Of a DNA stretch of 64,000 nt, positions 62,239 through 64,000 are shown one piece after another. The notes beneath the pieces are model-generated. The model made no database searches. It saw only the letters and a list, made by a program, of their open reading frames with translations, and was not told where the DNA came from. The translations under genes were made by a program, and so were the position numbers. How positions within the stretch are numbered: position 1 is the first letter of the stretch; every line of letters begins with the position of its first letter. Origin of the DNA: Zygnema circumcarinatum SAG 698-1b (taxonomy: Eukaryota; Plantae; Zygnematophyceae); assembly GCA_037447605.1 (NCBI GenBank), contig CM074813.1:3038001-3102000 (forward strand), written 5' to 3'.

Positions 62239-62754
62239 GATGGTTCAAAAGCATGGACGTATTGAGGAGCGTCGCTTATGGAAAAGCAAGAAACCAATCA
62301 GATACCGAGTCATTTCGAGTTCTTCAACTTCCTAGAGTTGAGACTCCGCAATATTTGCCTCTTCCTGGACTTGACACACGTTAGGAAGGTTCTGGATCGT
62401 AAAATAAAGGAGTTTAATCTTTTTGCAAGTAGTTTGTGCTCTTCCCTCAACTTTCCCCTTTCCCTTTGCTACTTTTTATATTTCATTGTCTATTATAAAA
62501 AAGCAAGCAAAGAGCGATATGGTATAAAGTAAATTTGTAACTGTGTCAAACTACAGCAGTGATCAAACCGCCTAAAAGACACAAGACACCGCCCACTATG
62601 AGCTTCTAAATCGTGTTACGGTTAACAATGCGTGGCCACAGTCGGCAATAACGATTCTTCGGACGGCTTAAAAGTGATCGTCGGTCTTAGTCACACATGA
62701 AAGGGGATCCTTTATCAAGGCTGCACTCATTCTAAATTGGTACGAGAGTTGTGA

Positions 62755-63888
62755 CTACACTGGCACTGCCAGCTGTCCTACAACTTGAAGCATCACAGAA
62801 AGGCTAACGATAGCGAGCTTGAATGTGCATATTCTCGAGTTCTTGGTAGACGGTGTTTCAATATCAGGAGGCGTGGAGCAAGAGTCAATTGCAATGTGAC
62901 CAATTGAATGGTCTGTGGGAGTACTCTCTGTTCCTCCTCCAACTGTGTGGAACACGAGAACGTTTGGATCTGCACATTCAACCGCCATTCCATCAATTAG
63001 GAAGGCCTGCATATACAAGCAGATATTTTATTTCTGCACATTTTTTTGAACAATTAAAATCAGGTGTCTGCTACAATCTTGAACCACGATTTTTCCCTGT
63101 TCTTCTTCAGTTATTCTGCCGGCACGTCCTGTGTTCATTTTACCAGGGCAATCCACCATAAACGAAGTAGAGCCTGTCTTAAGAAGAAAATCAGGATCTG
63201 AACGAGAAAATGCAGGATATGCCTCGACAACTACGCTTTAGCACCAGAAAAAAGGAAAAAACGCATAGGGCTGCTGCAAGGGACTGCATACCTGCAATGC
63301 AATTGTAAGATGAGCAATCAACGTTCAGACTATAAGAGCTGTCCTTCTTCAAGTTAGTCAGTGCGAACTGATACACTCTAGCGTCGTCATAAAGATCCTG
63401 ATTACTGCAGTCGGAGGTCCCGTCCAAGCATAGTGTTGCCCGGCAAGAACTTTGGCACGTAGAGTTCCGAAATTCGATTGTCACAAATCGAAACGAATGA
63501 AATGTGTTGCTCGACAAAAAGCCTGTGAAAATTCTCAGCAACTAGACAGCATGAATCATTTCGCTACAAGTTTCAATTCGCAGCACAGACAAGATTACAG
63601 TTTTCCTAAAGACTGCTACGCTATACATTGGAGAATCAATTTTGAAAGCTATTGAGCGATTTTAAGAAAGATGCAGCTTCTTGTGCATGATCGTGCTCGT
63701 GCTATTCACATCAATCACAAACACTGCCACGGAAGCACCATCTTGGGCAAAACTTACCTTCAGCCATACGCAGATCTTTATCATCAACATCTGCTCCTAC
63801 ACAGCTGCTGCTTTTCAACAGATTCCTCCTCACATCATCAAGTACCTGCGAACTGGATGGCTCTAAAGCCCACGCTGCCAAGAAGCCC
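62755..63888 (-). CDS. 3' exons of an unknown, possibly secreted Cys-rich protein (5' end outside window)
   Basis: GT-AG-bounded open exons ~63888-63758 (GFLAAWALEPSSSQVLDDVRRNLLKSSSCVG..) and ~63522-63292 (..NSTCQSSCRATLCLDGTSDC..YSLNVDCSSYNCIA). The terminal exon frame is unresolved. Confidence 0.4.
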
Positions 63889-64000
63889 TGTAGTATCCAG
63901 CCATCAGAAAGCATCCAATCGTCATGATCGTGTAAGCAACGCTTCCGTCTAATATAGCATAACGCGCAACCTGACTCTCCAACGACTCCAGAAATCCTTG

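Overview
This is a gene-dense eukaryotic draft scaffold with several N-gaps. It is from a green plant lineage: plant-type SFR2, HUA1, mTERF2 and a split ACL-A subunit are present, with TTTAGGG-like repeats. A streptophyte alga or other non-angiosperm is plausible, but that is inference. I reconstructed 14 intron-containing protein-coding loci by hand from GT-AG sites and reading frame: AP1M (3' truncated), PDX2, acetolactate synthase small subunit (partial), NADPH-P450 reductase (partial, with an assembly-duplicated block), mTERF2, RAE1, HUA1, a short tandem HUA1 paralogue, ACLA, an M1AP-like protein, SFR2, an amidase-signature protein with a broken catalytic triad, a possible Gly/His-repeat zinc-knuckle ORF, and the 3' part of an unknown Cys-rich protein. 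Non-coding highlights are a ~1.1-1.6 kb foldback element with pogo-like termini, telomere-variant minisatellites in an intron, phased motif arrays, and G-box/ABRE clusters at gene 5' ends. No rRNA, intact tRNA or CRISPR array was seen. Homology calls come from remembered family motifs, not database searches. Exon coordinates are hand-derived and may be off by a few nt.
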